Of a stretch of DNA of 64,000 nt, positions 8,619-17,687 are shown one piece after another (position 1 is the stretch's first letter; each line of letters begins with the position of its first letter). The notes under the pieces were generated by a model. That model saw nothing but the letters and a program-made list of their open reading frames with translations. It was not told where the DNA came from and did not search any database. The position numbers and the translations under genes are program-made. The stretch is taken from the IMG/VR virus record IMGVR_UViG_3300028592_000004, positions 1 through 64,000 of that record; one strand, 5' to 3'.

Positions 8619-9184
8619 ATCCCAAGCTCTTTCAGCTTAGCGACCACCCGATCCATGCCGTCGTAGAACGGCTGTTGGTCCGAAGCCGATTTCTTGTGCT
8701 CCCAGTAGCCGATTTCCAAAGAGCAGTCGTCGCCGGCAAAGCGAAGCTCAGCAATTCTCGGCCGCACAGCAGCGTCAATGAACCGGTTTTCGCTACCCAG
8801 CTCATCAAGTGCCGCGTCGATGTTGCCGTTCCGTAGCTGGTTGATCGCTTGCAGCAGCTCTTGGCTATCGGCACTGAGGTAGTTGAAGACATCTCGTTCA
8901 AAGGTCGTGGAGACGCCGGCGCCGGCCAGGACAGAGCCAGCCAGGCACATTTGGCATTGCGGAGTCAAATAATCCTCATGGCGGTGATGCGGATTGACTC
9001 TCGACTGCACGTAGAACACACCCATGTTCACTACGAACCCGGGCGTGACGGCGAACCGTCGAAGGTCCGCAACGGCAAGTTCGAGCCACGCGGAGAGGGA
9101 CCGCGGACTCATGTCGTGTACGATCTGCTCCTCTTTGAATTCGAGAAGAGATCCCAGCAGCGTCTTCGTGTCAGGCTCAGTCAC
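8615..9184 (-). CDS. CxxCLAG-family protein, copy D
   Basis: GTGA overlap start; HDMSPRSLSAWLELA, CQMCLAGS, AINQLRNG. Confidence 0.75.
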   Translation of the reverse strand: MTEPDTKTLLGSLLEFKEEQIVHDMSPRSLSAWLELAVADLRRFAVTPGFVVNMGVFYVQSRVNPHHRHEDYLTPQCQMCLAGSVLAGAGVSTTFERDVFNYLSADSQELLQAINQLRNGNIDAALDELGSENRFIDAAVRPRIAELRFAGDDCSLEIGYWEHKKSASDQQPFYDGMDRVVAKLKELGI

Positions 9185-9714
9185 AGCCCAAGACCTTTCA
9201 GTTCGAGAAGAACAGAGTGGATGTCTTCGAAGAACGGTTCGTTGTCGGGATCGTTCAGCTCCCAACTCGCCATCTCGTCTTCGAAGTTCGGTAGACGAGA
9301 CCCCTCGTCGAGCAGCTCACGGATCCGCTTCCAGTCGCTCTCGACGATGTAGCGGTTCTCGTCCTTGCTAAGCATGAGGTTGTAGAGAGCGCCCGCGATG
9401 CGACCACGTCGCAGCTTATCGATCGCGAACAGGAGGCCAGCGAGGTCCGCGTCGCCGCGGGTGATGTTTTCCATCGTGCCAGCCGGCGTCCAGTGATCCA
9501 ATCCGGCTCCGACGAGAATGGAACCGGCCAAGCACACGTAGCACGTGTCCGTGTGGAGCGTCGCCAGGAAGTAATCCATGTGCGGCGTGTATCTGGGGTC
9601 CTGCATGACCAGCTTCAGGTCCTGCACCGCCAGTTCGAGCCACTCGGAGAGTTTCCGAGGGCTCATGTCGTGCTGTTTAAGTGCGGTTTCCATCGCTACT
9701 TTCTGCGGCGTCAC
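9181..9714 (-). CDS. CxxCLAG-family protein, copy E
   Basis: HDMSPRKLSEWLELA, CYVCLAGS, AIDKLRRG. Confidence 0.75.
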   Translation of the reverse strand: MTPQKVAMETALKQHDMSPRKLSEWLELAVQDLKLVMQDPRYTPHMDYFLATLHTDTCYVCLAGSILVGAGLDHWTPAGTMENITRGDADLAGLLFAIDKLRRGRIAGALYNLMLSKDENRYIVESDWKRIRELLDEGSRLPNFEDEMASWELNDPDNEPFFEDIHSVLLELKGLGL

Positions 9715-10025
9715 AAGATGCCTTTCCGCGCTTTGAGCGCCTTGAGCTCATCCCAAATCAGACCGAGCCGGCCGCGGTACTGCGCTCCGTAGAACGTGAC
9801 CAGGGCATACCCGGGCATCGCTGTCGGCACGCCAAGGATGCCGGGCTCGGTCGTTTCGATGTTGAGGCCGGGCCAGGTCTGAACGACCTCCCGAAGATGA
9901 GGGATGTCCGCGATCTTGACGTTCTGATCGCACACCCACTGTGCGTTCCCGGTCCGCATCTTTGCTTCGTAGGCCAGAAACTTTTCATGCCAGTCATCGA
10001 AGCCCGGCACCTGCAGCTTGAGCAT
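9711..10025 (-). CDS. Hypothetical protein
   Basis: MLKLQVPGFDDW..., tight packing. Confidence 0.55.
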   Translation of the reverse strand: MLKLQVPGFDDWHEKFLAYEAKMRTGNAQWVCDQNVKIADIPHLREVVQTWPGLNIETTEPGILGVPTAMPGYALVTFYGAQYRGRLGLIWDELKALKARKGIL

Positions 10026-10026
10026 G

Positions 10027-10212
10027 TCAGATCCCCGTAATTTCGTCGTCGAACTCGTCAAACGCGTAGAGCAGCTTGATCGCCCAGTACATGGCAAGCA
10101 GCGTCAGTAGCACAACCTGCGAGAGCGGCTTCACGTGAAAGGCAGTCCACATCAGAGCCACGAAGGTGCCGCCCATCATGATGATGTGGACCCACAGCAG
10201 GAAGCGTTTCAT
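10027..10212 (-). CDS. Small two-helix membrane protein
   Basis: Two hydrophobic stretches. Confidence 0.6.
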   Translation of the reverse strand: MKRFLLWVHIIMMGGTFVALMWTAFHVKPLSQVVLLTLLAMYWAIKLLYAFDEFDDEITGI

Positions 10213-10400
10213 CGCAGCCCTTTCCAGCGGTCGCGAGATCGGAGCTTGCGTCGCTCCTTTCGCTGGGTTTTCTTCTTGGCCCTCAGCCTCTGCAGATCCT
10301 CGCCAGTCGGCTTGACGTGGTAGCCGTTGTGGTGGCTACCCCAGGCCGCAACGATCGCCTGCAGGGTGTCGTGAGGCTTAATCTTGATATCCCAGCTCAC
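10209..10400 (-). CDS. Small basic protein
   Basis: AAGGAGGAG before GTG; K/R-rich C-terminus. Confidence 0.5.
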   Translation of the reverse strand: MSWDIKIKPHDTLQAIVAAWGSHHNGYHVKPTGEDLQRLRAKKKTQRKERRKLRSRDRWKGLR

Positions 10401-10674
10401 GAAGCTCCTCCTTGGCCTGCTTGCCAACTCCGATACGGAGGTGGTGCATGAAGACCGGCTGGCCCGGTGCTTCCAGCGGCGAGCGCATCCATGCGCCAGG
10501 CAGAGCCATAGATTTCCCGATCGAGCGACCGATCCGAAGAACAATGGATCGTTCCTCGTAATACGCAGCCGGCAGGTCAGTGTAGGGCGGTGCTGTAAAG
10601 CGATGAGCCTCCAACAGCATATTCTCCAGCGTCGTGACGTGGTCAAACGACGCTGGATTGGTTGCAGGTCTCAA
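10378..10674 (-). CDS. Hypothetical protein
   Basis: AAGGA before TTG. Confidence 0.5.
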   Translation of the reverse strand: MRPATNPASFDHVTTLENMLLEAHRFTAPPYTDLPAAYYEERSIVLRIGRSIGKSMALPGAWMRSPLEAPGQPVFMHHLRIGVGKQAKEELRELGYQD

Positions 10675-10976
10675 GGCGTTCCTTTCTCTGGCTCTTCAAC
10701 CAGCGTCACTTCCCAGAAGTAGTAGAGCGCGTCAACCGCCTCACCATCCTTGCCGGCAGAGCGGACACGAACCATCTCCGGATAGACTTCACGCACATAG
10801 CCAGGCAAACCGGCCTTTGGCTGCACCCGCTTGCCCTTCCACTGGGTTTCGAGGTCCTGCATCCGGGCGTTGTAGGCTTCGTTGGCCTCCCGGGTCTGGA
10901 TCACAAGGTGAGCCAGCCCGTACAAAACGGCACCGCCGAAAACGGCGGTCAGGACGCCACTCCAGAACTTGTTCAT
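10671..10976 (-). CDS. Protein with N-terminal transmembrane helix
   Basis: MNKFWSGVLTAVFGGAVLYGLAHLVI; ATGA overlap. Confidence 0.6.
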   Translation of the reverse strand: MNKFWSGVLTAVFGGAVLYGLAHLVIQTREANEAYNARMQDLETQWKGKRVQPKAGLPGYVREVYPEMVRVRSAGKDGEAVDALYYFWEVTLVEEPEKGTP

Positions 10977-11629
10977 TCCCTTGCCTCTCCCGTGTAGGTC
11001 TTGCCACACGCCCGCGACCAGCCGTCCGGAATGTCCGGCTCAAAGACGGTGCCAAACTTAACCTTTCGGCAGCCACAAGCCCAGATCGTCCCCTTCGGAC
11101 TGATCAGCATGTCCTCGCAACAGCACCAGTCGTCGTTTGACTGGATGCCGTTCTTGAGAGCCGAGCCGTGAGGAGTGATGATCGTGTTCGACCGCACACC
11201 CTCGTGGTTCTTCCGGCGTTGCAGGTCGCGAAACGCGACAACGACAGCCTTGTCGATCGGGTCGTGCCACTCGTCTTGCGAGAGCACAGCCTCCAGCTTT
11301 CCTTCAGCGCACAGTCGAGCCAGCCGGAGAGCCGTCTTCGTCTGTGAGCCGTTGGTGATGATCAGCAGCGGGATACCGCTGTTGGAGAGCATCACTTCCT
11401 CACGGCGGTCCCACTCGTGGTACTCCAGCGCCCGCGTGACGAACGGCCAGAATTCCGGATGAAGCGTCGGTTCACCGCCACCGAGGCAGAAGTGATCACC
11501 GCGGTCGTGCGTGAGGCCCAGCGCCCGCAGAAAGACCTCACGTGACATGTCGACACCGATGCCCGGTCTGCAGCTGAAACAGCAGTGGGCACAGGCCATA
11601 TCGCAGCGTGTCGTGATCTGGATGTAGAT
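10973..11629 (-). CDS. Radical SAM protein, apparent ATC start
   Basis: IYIQITTRCDMACAHCC gives CxxxCxxC; GGEPTLHP; ITNG; C-terminal CCC...ACGC. Confidence 0.8.
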   Translation of the reverse strand: MYIQITTRCDMACAHCCFSCRPGIGVDMSREVFLRALGLTHDRGDHFCLGGGEPTLHPEFWPFVTRALEYHEWDRREEVMLSNSGIPLLIITNGSQTKTALRLARLCAEGKLEAVLSQDEWHDPIDKAVVVAFRDLQRRKNHEGVRSNTIITPHGSALKNGIQSNDDWCCCEDMLISPKGTIWACGCRKVKFGTVFEPDIPDGWSRACGKTYTGEARE

Positions 11630-11631
11630 GA

Positions 11632-11877
11632 CTACCCTCCGGCGTGAGCGAACTCAGGCGCGCTCTCGGCGAAGTCCTCCACAGTGCACAGCTCAACGAG
11701 CGACGTCGGGCTAACCGAGATCAGGTCGCCAGTCGGCGAAGCGCCGTAAACGAGCCGCGGGTTGAGCCCGTGATGCTGCACGGACTTTGCGCTCAGTCGG
11801 AGATGGACCTTGCCACCGCTCCGCTTCCGGAAGTACTGCCCTTCGGCAATGACCTCCGCGTCAACGATCAGTCTCAT
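11632..11877 (-). CDS. Hypothetical protein
   Basis: ATGA overlap. Confidence 0.55.
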   Translation of the reverse strand: MRLIVDAEVIAEGQYFRKRSGGKVHLRLSAKSVQHHGLNPRLVYGASPTGDLISVSPTSLVELCTVEDFAESAPEFAHAGG

Positions 11878-12107
11878 TTCGACTCCAGGATTTGAGGATC
11901 GAACGAGCTCATCTCCCAGTAGGCGAGAGGATCGAGATCGTCCCAGGCTTGATGTGGCAGATCGCTGAACTGAGGCGAGAATCTCGCTCGCCAGGACGCA
12001 GCAAATTGCCGGACATAGATACGTCTGACATTGACGACCCGGATCCGCGGCACAGGTTCGCTCGGATCCTTCCGACCGAGGCAGATGCAGTAATCGACCT
12101 CAGTCAT
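11874..12107 (-). CDS. Hypothetical protein
   Basis: MTEVDYCICL..., ATGACTGA overlap. Confidence 0.5.
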   Translation of the reverse strand: MTEVDYCICLGRKDPSEPVPRIRVVNVRRIYVRQFAASWRARFSPQFSDLPHQAWDDLDPLAYWEMSSFDPQILESK

Positions 12108-12405
12108 CCGCCGGCTCTCCCCCATCCGGATCCGGATTGGGCCTGTTGTGCCGGCTAGTCTGGTCGACCGTGAAGACTCCAGTCGCCGCGAGAACGCCCT
12201 GGATCCAACCCAGCCAACGGAAGGCTTTGTCGATCCGGTTGTCCCGCACAAACCCGATGATCCCGTCGCAGACGTAGATCAGGTGGTTGTGCTGCTGCTC
12301 GTCAGTCCACAGGCTCCAATCCAGTTCGACTGGACCGCGGACCGGCTCGCCCTTGAGCAGCTTTCGGTAGAGCTGCGCCACCTCAATGATCTTTTCGTTC
12401 GTCAC
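12100..12405 (-). CDS. Hypothetical phage protein (RWLGWIQG motif)
   Basis: HLIYVCDGI...KAFRWLGWIQGVL; paralog at 30783. Confidence 0.65.
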   Translation of the reverse strand: MTNEKIIEVAQLYRKLLKGEPVRGPVELDWSLWTDEQQHNHLIYVCDGIIGFVRDNRIDKAFRWLGWIQGVLAATGVFTVDQTSRHNRPNPDPDGGEPADD

Positions 12406-12415
12406 ACTGTGCCTT

Positions 12416-12526
12416 TCAAATGCTCCAGTACTGCGGAGGGTCGTCGTTCCGTCCCCAGAAGAGGATGATCAGAACAACGATCCCAACCGCGACATAGAAA
12501 CGCCAGTCGCTCGCAGCATCTTGCAT
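12416..12526 (-). CDS. 36-aa single-TM protein
   Basis: Own translation MQDAASDWRFYVAVGIVVLIILFWGRNDDPPQYWSI; AAGGA upstream. Confidence 0.55.
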   Translation of the reverse strand: MQDAASDWRFYVAVGIVVLIILFWGRNDDPPQYWSI

Positions 12527-12541
12527 GGGATCCTTCCCAAG

Positions 12542-12964
12542 TCAGCGGCGTCTGGATCTCACCCGGCGCCGGAGATCCTTCAGCTGTTCAGCCCGGTCAT
12601 GAGCCGTGACCAGGCCTTTCTTCTTCCGCCAATTCTCTACGATCTGGCGAGCTGCATTCCACCATGCGGCCACCTCTTCTTGGCCGTAGATGCCTTTCGT
12701 CTGGCGGTGTGCGACCGGCGAGGGTAGTTCCGCGGCCGTCAACCGGCCCTGGTCTGACCCGTCGATCATGTCTCCGCACTGGATCACCAGCGCGGTGAAA
12801 GCCACCCGGGTTTTGAAGTCCGGGAAAGTCTCCCTCAGGAGATCGGGGAGCGACCTCGCGTTGGGGCGAGGCTCGACGTACGGGCAGAGCTTGGCGCCGG
12901 AGATCTCGGGGATCGGCCAAGCCTCCGCCCAGTTGACAGTCGGATCGAGCCGTGGCTTAGCCAT
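12542..12964 (-). CDS. Hypothetical protein
   Basis: MAKPRLDPTVNW... Confidence 0.55.
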   Translation of the reverse strand: MAKPRLDPTVNWAEAWPIPEISGAKLCPYVEPRPNARSLPDLLRETFPDFKTRVAFTALVIQCGDMIDGSDQGRLTAAELPSPVAHRQTKGIYGQEEVAAWWNAARQIVENWRKKKGLVTAHDRAEQLKDLRRRVRSRRR

Positions 12965-12978
12965 CAGCAAACTCCTTG

Positions 12979-13347
12979 TCAGGCACTGATCGGCGCTTCG
13001 CAACGAGCGCACTTGGCGTCGCCTGGCACAACTGACGGCGACAGATCCTTGTAGTCGTGGGCGTGGCCAGGACTGAATGGGAGCGTTGCCCCGAAACGGC
13101 AATCCGCGCTGCAGAAGTACCAGACGACGCCGGATGGCTCCGGATCCCGATCACTGTTGGGGTTCTTGAACATCCAGTCCTGCCACGGAACTTCGCCCCG
13201 CGAGGCATGCTGACTCGGGGTGAGCACGCTGCCATTGTCGTCAATGGCGAACGCCTCTTCGAGATCCCACTGAATCGAGTTGTTCGGTGCGTCTCGATAG
13301 CTCCAGAGGCAGATGACTGCCTCGACCGGCCGCTTTTCTTTAGCCAT
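12979..13347 (-). CDS. Hypothetical protein, Cys-containing C-terminus
   Basis: FCSADC ... KCARC. Confidence 0.55.
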   Translation of the reverse strand: MAKEKRPVEAVICLWSYRDAPNNSIQWDLEEAFAIDDNGSVLTPSQHASRGEVPWQDWMFKNPNSDRDPEPSGVVWYFCSADCRFGATLPFSPGHAHDYKDLSPSVVPGDAKCARCEAPISA

Positions 13348-13567
13348 CAGCTTCCTCTGCCGCAGCATAGATGCTCTCCTCGGGCTGGCGTCGCTCCGCG
13401 AACAGAGCATAGCCGTACCAAGTACCGGACGCGAAACAGAACATGGCGAGCAGACAGATGCCTGAGAACAAACTGATTCCGCAGACGTCCTCCAGATAGA
13501 GCCACGCCCGAATGACGGCCTTCAAGAGTTCGTCATCTGTCGTGATCGTGAACTCTGTGAGCTGCAC
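13340..13567 (-). CDS. Small membrane protein
   Basis: Hydrophobic central segment. Confidence 0.5.
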   Translation of the reverse strand: MQLTEFTITTDDELLKAVIRAWLYLEDVCGISLFSGICLLAMFCFASGTWYGYALFAERRQPEESIYAAAEEADG

Positions 13568-13866
13568 GGACGGTCCTCGCGAACGATGTTGTGGGGATAG
13601 GAGTAGTCGTGGTGCGTCCCGGTGCAGCGACCGGCGTCCACACTGTCAGTGGAACGATCGTAGCGATGGCGCTTATCGCTACAGATCAGCGTTTCGTAGC
13701 CCCTCGTGGTCGTGCGTCCGAGCACAGTGATCCACTTGCCGGCCTGAGTCAGATACTGCTGGCCGACAACGTACTTGAAGGGGCTCGGTGCGGCTGGCAC
13801 AGCTCCGGGAAGAGCCAGCGCCGCCGTAAGCCCGGCAGTCTGTGCCAGAAAGGTTCGTCGCTTCAT
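13522..13866 (-). CDS. Twin-arginine-signal protein
   Basis: MKRRTFLAQTAGLTAALALPGAVPA. Confidence 0.65.
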   Translation of the reverse strand: MKRRTFLAQTAGLTAALALPGAVPAAPSPFKYVVGQQYLTQAGKWITVLGRTTTRGYETLICSDKRHRYDRSTDSVDAGRCTGTHHDYSYPHNIVREDRPCSSQSSRSRQMTNS

Positions 13867-13878
13867 GGTGCTCCTGTT

Positions 13879-14463
13879 CTACTGGTAGTCGCCAGTGGTT
13901 CTGGGAATGGTCGCCTCGATCTGTCGCTCGCTCGCAAGGGCACGGTCGTGCACTTCTTGAGTGACCTTTTTCTTCCCACGGCAAGTTGGACAAATCGGGT
14001 TGTGCGAATGGACCTCACCCGCTCCGCCACAGGATGGGCAGTCCGCCAACGCCTCGATTTTCTTTGGAACGTAGGCCGGCGGATTGCCGGACAGGCAGCA
14101 GGGCTCGCCGTCCTTATCGAGGTCGATGAAGCCCTTTGAATCGAGCTCCGAGTCCAGCTTGAGCAACGCGTCCCTGGCTGCTTGCTTCTGCTCTTTCGTG
14201 CCAGCAATTGGATCAACGCCGGCGATGAAGTACCGCGTCGGGATGTGCCGCAAGCGGTGCATCTCTTCACGAACGGCCTCTGTGATCGCTGCGACGGCTT
14301 CAGTCTCATTCGCCATCAAGGCGGCGATCAGACTGCCGTTCGGATCCGGCTTCAGTTTCAGAAGCTCCCGACACTCGGTGATGAGCGGGTCGAGCTCTTC
14401 GTCGCTGAGGTCCTCGTCGTACCACTCAACAAGGCGTCGAGCGATCTCTTGAGCTGTCAGCAT
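13879..14463 (-). CDS. Protein with DnaJ-type zinc-finger repeats
   Basis: CPSCGGAG and CPTCRGKK. Confidence 0.6.
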   Translation of the reverse strand: MLTAQEIARRLVEWYDEDLSDEELDPLITECRELLKLKPDPNGSLIAALMANETEAVAAITEAVREEMHRLRHIPTRYFIAGVDPIAGTKEQKQAARDALLKLDSELDSKGFIDLDKDGEPCCLSGNPPAYVPKKIEALADCPSCGGAGEVHSHNPICPTCRGKKKVTQEVHDRALASERQIEATIPRTTGDYQ

Positions 14464-14464
14464 G

Positions 14465-14635
14465 TCAGAGTGCTCCTTTCCGAGTCCAGCCGTAAATGGC
14501 AAGCGCGATCAGCACCATTGCGATCCAGCCTGTCAGCAGACGCGACAGTGGATCCAAGTCGCCCAGACCCACAACCAGGATGAAGCAACCAGCAATGGTG
14601 AGCTGACAGACAGCCAGGAATTGAAGGAAGGTCAT
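14465..14635 (-). CDS. Small membrane protein
   Basis: Two hydrophobic helices; AAGGAG upstream. Confidence 0.55.
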   Translation of the reverse strand: MTFLQFLAVCQLTIAGCFILVVGLGDLDPLSRLLTGWIAMVLIALAIYGWTRKGAL

Positions 14636-14636
14636 G

Positions 14637-14804
14637 TCAAGGCTCCTTATGCCGGTTCGCCCGCCGCTTGTGGATCTCGGCCAAAGCACGCTCGGCTTGC
14701 GCCCGCTCTTCCGGATCCGGCGATTCGTTGATGATCAGACGCAGGGTCAGGGCATCTGTGTCGTCAAGGGCGTCCTGCAGCCAGGGGTCAAGGTCGTCGC
14801 TCAT
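14637..14804 (-). CDS. 55-aa hypothetical protein
   Basis: Own translation MSDDLDPWLQDALDD...; ATGA overlap. Confidence 0.55.
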   Translation of the reverse strand: MSDDLDPWLQDALDDTDALTLRLIINESPDPEERAQAERALAEIHKRRANRHKEP

Positions 14805-15028
14805 GGCTGCGGGATCAGCTCCTTGAGTTTCGCAAGCATCTCCGGCTTCGACTTTGCCACGAAGAAGCCGTCACGTTCCTGCACGCCCCAGGTGTTCGGA
14901 GTCAACTGGCACATGTCGACCAGGAGAGTCCACGAGATGTCGTAGTACGGGATGGGCACCAGCACCACATGAGTCAGCTGCCCGTCCCGAACGAAGTAGC
15001 TTCCGTCACCAAGGCTGACGTCGCTCAC
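14801..15028 (-). CDS. Hypothetical protein
   Basis: GTGA overlap. Confidence 0.5.
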   Translation of the reverse strand: MSDVSLGDGSYFVRDGQLTHVVLVPIPYYDISWTLLVDMCQLTPNTWGVQERDGFFVAKSKPEMLAKLKELIPQP

Positions 15029-15387
15029 GGCTTCAGTCGCTCCTTGAAGGCCTCGACCTTCTTGTTGAACGCGGCCTCCTCACGACGAGCCGCGGCGTCA
15101 CTGCTCCCCGTTCCCAGGAAGTCGAGGTAGCCGGCAGCCTCCTCCATGATGGCGAGGAAGTCCGTCAGCAGTGAGTGCTTGAACCAGCTGATGTCACCTG
15201 TGGTGAGCCCGCGGTGGGCATTCCAGCTGGTGACGAGCCGCTCGTAGACCTCTTTGGTGTCGGGGTTCGTGCGCAGCTCACTGTTTGCCCATCCGTTTGC
15301 AACGAGCTGACCCTCGGTCGTCTCAATGCACAGAGGGTTGTTGGGGTCGATCCGTAGTTCGAGGTTGCGGAGGTCCTTGTCTCTCAT
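15025..15387 (-). CDS. Hypothetical protein (ERL-x-x-x-WNA family)
   Basis: YERLVTSWNAHRGL. Confidence 0.6.
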   Translation of the reverse strand: MRDKDLRNLELRIDPNNPLCIETTEGQLVANGWANSELRTNPDTKEVYERLVTSWNAHRGLTTGDISWFKHSLLTDFLAIMEEAAGYLDFLGTGSSDAAARREEAAFNKKVEAFKERLKP

Positions 15388-15860
15388 CCGATCACCACCT
15401 CTTTCGCGTAGAGGGACTGCGCCTGCTCATCGAGTTCTGCGTAGTCGAGTTTGGCATCGTCACAGGCATGCCGGGCTTCGGCAAGAACTGTAAGGATCGC
15501 CAGCTCGGTGGTCTCCACGCCGAGCTGGATGCGGAGTTGTGCGAAGAGCTTCCGCGCCCGCAGCGTGTGCGGATCGACAGGCTCCTCCAGCGCCTCGGCA
15601 GGGAACTTCAGCTTGTGGCGGGTACACAAGGCCTTGATCGGAGTGATCGCAGCCTTGAGCTTCGCCTCTGTCGCTGTCGTCGGCTCCTGAATCAGAGCCA
15701 CGAGCTTCTGGACAGCCTTCTGTGGCGCCTTCCAGTAGGCCCAGCCGTCTGAGTTGGCGTCGACAAGGTCTTGAAACTCGGACAGCAGGCGGGTTGCGCG
15801 ACCGAGGACGGGATGCGACTTGTGTCGATCCGCAGCCTCGCTCACTTCCCAGGTGTTCAT
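15384..15860 (-). CDS. Hypothetical phage protein
   Basis: NSDGWAYWKAP motif. Confidence 0.6.
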   Translation of the reverse strand: MNTWEVSEAADRHKSHPVLGRATRLLSEFQDLVDANSDGWAYWKAPQKAVQKLVALIQEPTTATEAKLKAAITPIKALCTRHKLKFPAEALEEPVDPHTLRARKLFAQLRIQLGVETTELAILTVLAEARHACDDAKLDYAELDEQAQSLYAKEVVIG

Positions 15861-15865
15861 GAAAA

Positions 15866-16033
15866 TCACGGCTTCTGTCCTTTCTTCTCGCGGACGATGG
15901 AGGCGTCGATCTCTCGAACGCCTGCCTTCGCTGTTTGCCAGACCTTGTGGTCGACAGTGACACCGACGACCCCTTCAAGAATCCAGGCCAGCGTCGTCCA
16001 CTGCCTCGGCGTCAGATCAAGCGTTCGCTTCAT
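15866..16033 (-). CDS. Small hypothetical protein
   Basis: MKRTLDLTPRQW... Confidence 0.5.
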   Translation of the reverse strand: MKRTLDLTPRQWTTLAWILEGVVGVTVDHKVWQTAKAGVREIDASIVREKKGQKP

Positions 16034-16505
16034 CGGGTTTCGGCTCCGCAAACTTGTCTTCCGGCTTGCGCTCAGACTTCGCCTCAATGAAGGAGCTCGG
16101 CTTGCGCGACTGCGTGGCGATGTACGCCTCGGAGTAGATGGTGAAGTCGCCGTAGTAGACCCCGTCGTAGTAGACGAGGTCTTCGACGACCCACAGCATG
16201 TCTTCGTCACCGTTCGCCTTCATCAGGCGAATGGTCGACATGTACGTCTGGTGGACGCAGGTGTAGGGACCGAACAGCGGACCGTTGACGCCCCAGTCAT
16301 CAAGCTCCTCATCCTTCGGACTGCGGCCGTGGAAGAGCTCGATATAGACCCCGCGGCCAGGCTGCTGGATCTCCGGGCTGACCTGGCTGATCGCTTGAAC
16401 CTGGAACCAGCTGCGAAACCATCGCATGAACCACTGCATCAACTCGGATCCCTCGGGAACGGAATAGCGCTTGGGCGGGCGCATTTTGGCGTACATCTCG
16501 GTCAT
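16017..16505 (-). CDS. Hypothetical protein
   Basis: GGAGGAG before ATG. Confidence 0.6.
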   Translation of the reverse strand: MTEMYAKMRPPKRYSVPEGSELMQWFMRWFRSWFQVQAISQVSPEIQQPGRGVYIELFHGRSPKDEELDDWGVNGPLFGPYTCVHQTYMSTIRLMKANGDEDMLWVVEDLVYYDGVYYGDFTIYSEAYIATQSRKPSSFIEAKSERKPEDKFAEPKPDEANA

Positions 16506-16975
16506 AGCTCCTCCACCCACAATGGATCCAGGCGGGCTTCCTGCTGCTCGCTCGGCGGGGAGATTGGCAGCCAGAACCACGTGTACCACATCTCGACCAG
16601 CCCGCTCGCCAGCGGATGCAGGACGAGCTTTGGATAGGAGGCCAGGACCGAGTGCTTCGGTTGCAGCTCGAAGACCTCCATGTACCGCCCGAAGGAGGTC
16701 TGCGCGAAGTTCCGGAAGGCCGGCAGAGTCGGTTCCATCACAGCGTGCGTCGACTGCCGCTTCAGTTGGCCGTGCGGAGCGAGAACAGCCAGGAAGCAGT
16801 CTTGCACGACCTGAACGTACTCGCTCATCATCACATCGCTGCGATGGCCGAGCAGGACTGCCAGCAGCGAGCTCTCAAGGGCTTTCTTCTTCCCCGGAGT
16901 CTCCAGGGACCGCACCACCCGAGAGAACTCCATCTCCAGCATCAGCTTCAGGTCGGGAAATTCCACGGTTGGCAT
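16502..16975 (-). CDS. Hypothetical protein
   Basis: ORF in gene run. Confidence 0.55.
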   Translation of the reverse strand: MPTVEFPDLKLMLEMEFSRVVRSLETPGKKKALESSLLAVLLGHRSDVMMSEYVQVVQDCFLAVLAPHGQLKRQSTHAVMEPTLPAFRNFAQTSFGRYMEVFELQPKHSVLASYPKLVLHPLASGLVEMWYTWFWLPISPPSEQQEARLDPLWVEEL

Positions 16976-17687
16976 CAGGGGCCTCAGGCGCGGGGTCTTC
17001 GGGGACGTGGATCCGATCGCCGGTATCGAGCCACACCCGCTGGGAATAGCTCAGATCCTCATACGGACGGTTCTTCAGCTTCTGCCGCTCGACCTCGATC
17101 ATCTCGGGCGTAACGGGCGAGCGCAGGAAGGGCGGCATCTCTCCGTGGTAGGCGAGATACGCGTCGAGCGACGACCAGTGGAGGCCGTGCTCGGTCATCT
17201 CCCCGGCGAGCATCGTGCGAACTGCTTCGGTGACGGCCTGGACCAGCGTCAAGCTACCGACCGCACGGTGGTAGTGGATGTAGTTGCTGGGATGCAGCCG
17301 ATAGAACACGTAGGCGATGGCGGTTTCCTGGGGCGAATCCCAGGGGACGACCCTCGTCACGTAGAGGCCGGCAGCGACCTTACGGAACTGGACCGGCGCC
17401 ACGTCGTACGGGCTCTTCGCCGTCAGCCTGCGCAGCGCGGGATGCAGCGGGTTCGTTGCTGTGAAGTGGTGGACAGCCAGAGCCTTGGTCGACTGCAGCA
17501 CAGCCGCAACAGTCGACGGGTCCAGTTCGGCCTGGTCCATGTCCAGAACCTGATTGGCTTCGTCTCTGTTTTCCTCCTTGCGCTGGAAGCCGTCCATCGT
17601 AATGGCGGAGTCGAAGATGACCTGGATCTCCGCCGGCGTTATGCCGTACGTGCGGAGTTCCTCAGCGGCAGCTTCACGAATCGTCAT
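16875..17687 (-). CDS. Hypothetical protein
   Basis: 270-aa ORF, ATGA overlap. Confidence 0.6.
   Translation of the reverse strand: MTIREAAAEELRTYGITPAEIQVIFDSAITMDGFQRKEENRDEANQVLDMDQAELDPSTVAAVLQSTKALAVHHFTATNPLHPALRRLTAKSPYDVAPVQFRKVAAGLYVTRVVPWDSPQETAIAYVFYRLHPSNYIHYHRAVGSLTLVQAVTEAVRTMLAGEMTEHGLHWSSLDAYLAYHGEMPPFLRSPVTPEMIEVERQKLKNRPYEDLSYSQRVWLDTGDRIHVPEDPAPEAPDANRGISRPEADAGDGVLSGGAVPGDSGEEESP

Noticed and set aside
7047-9714. Paralog DNA repeats as DGR template/variable repeats
   Set aside because: Differences are not adenine-specific, all copies are coding, and no reverse transcriptase is in the window
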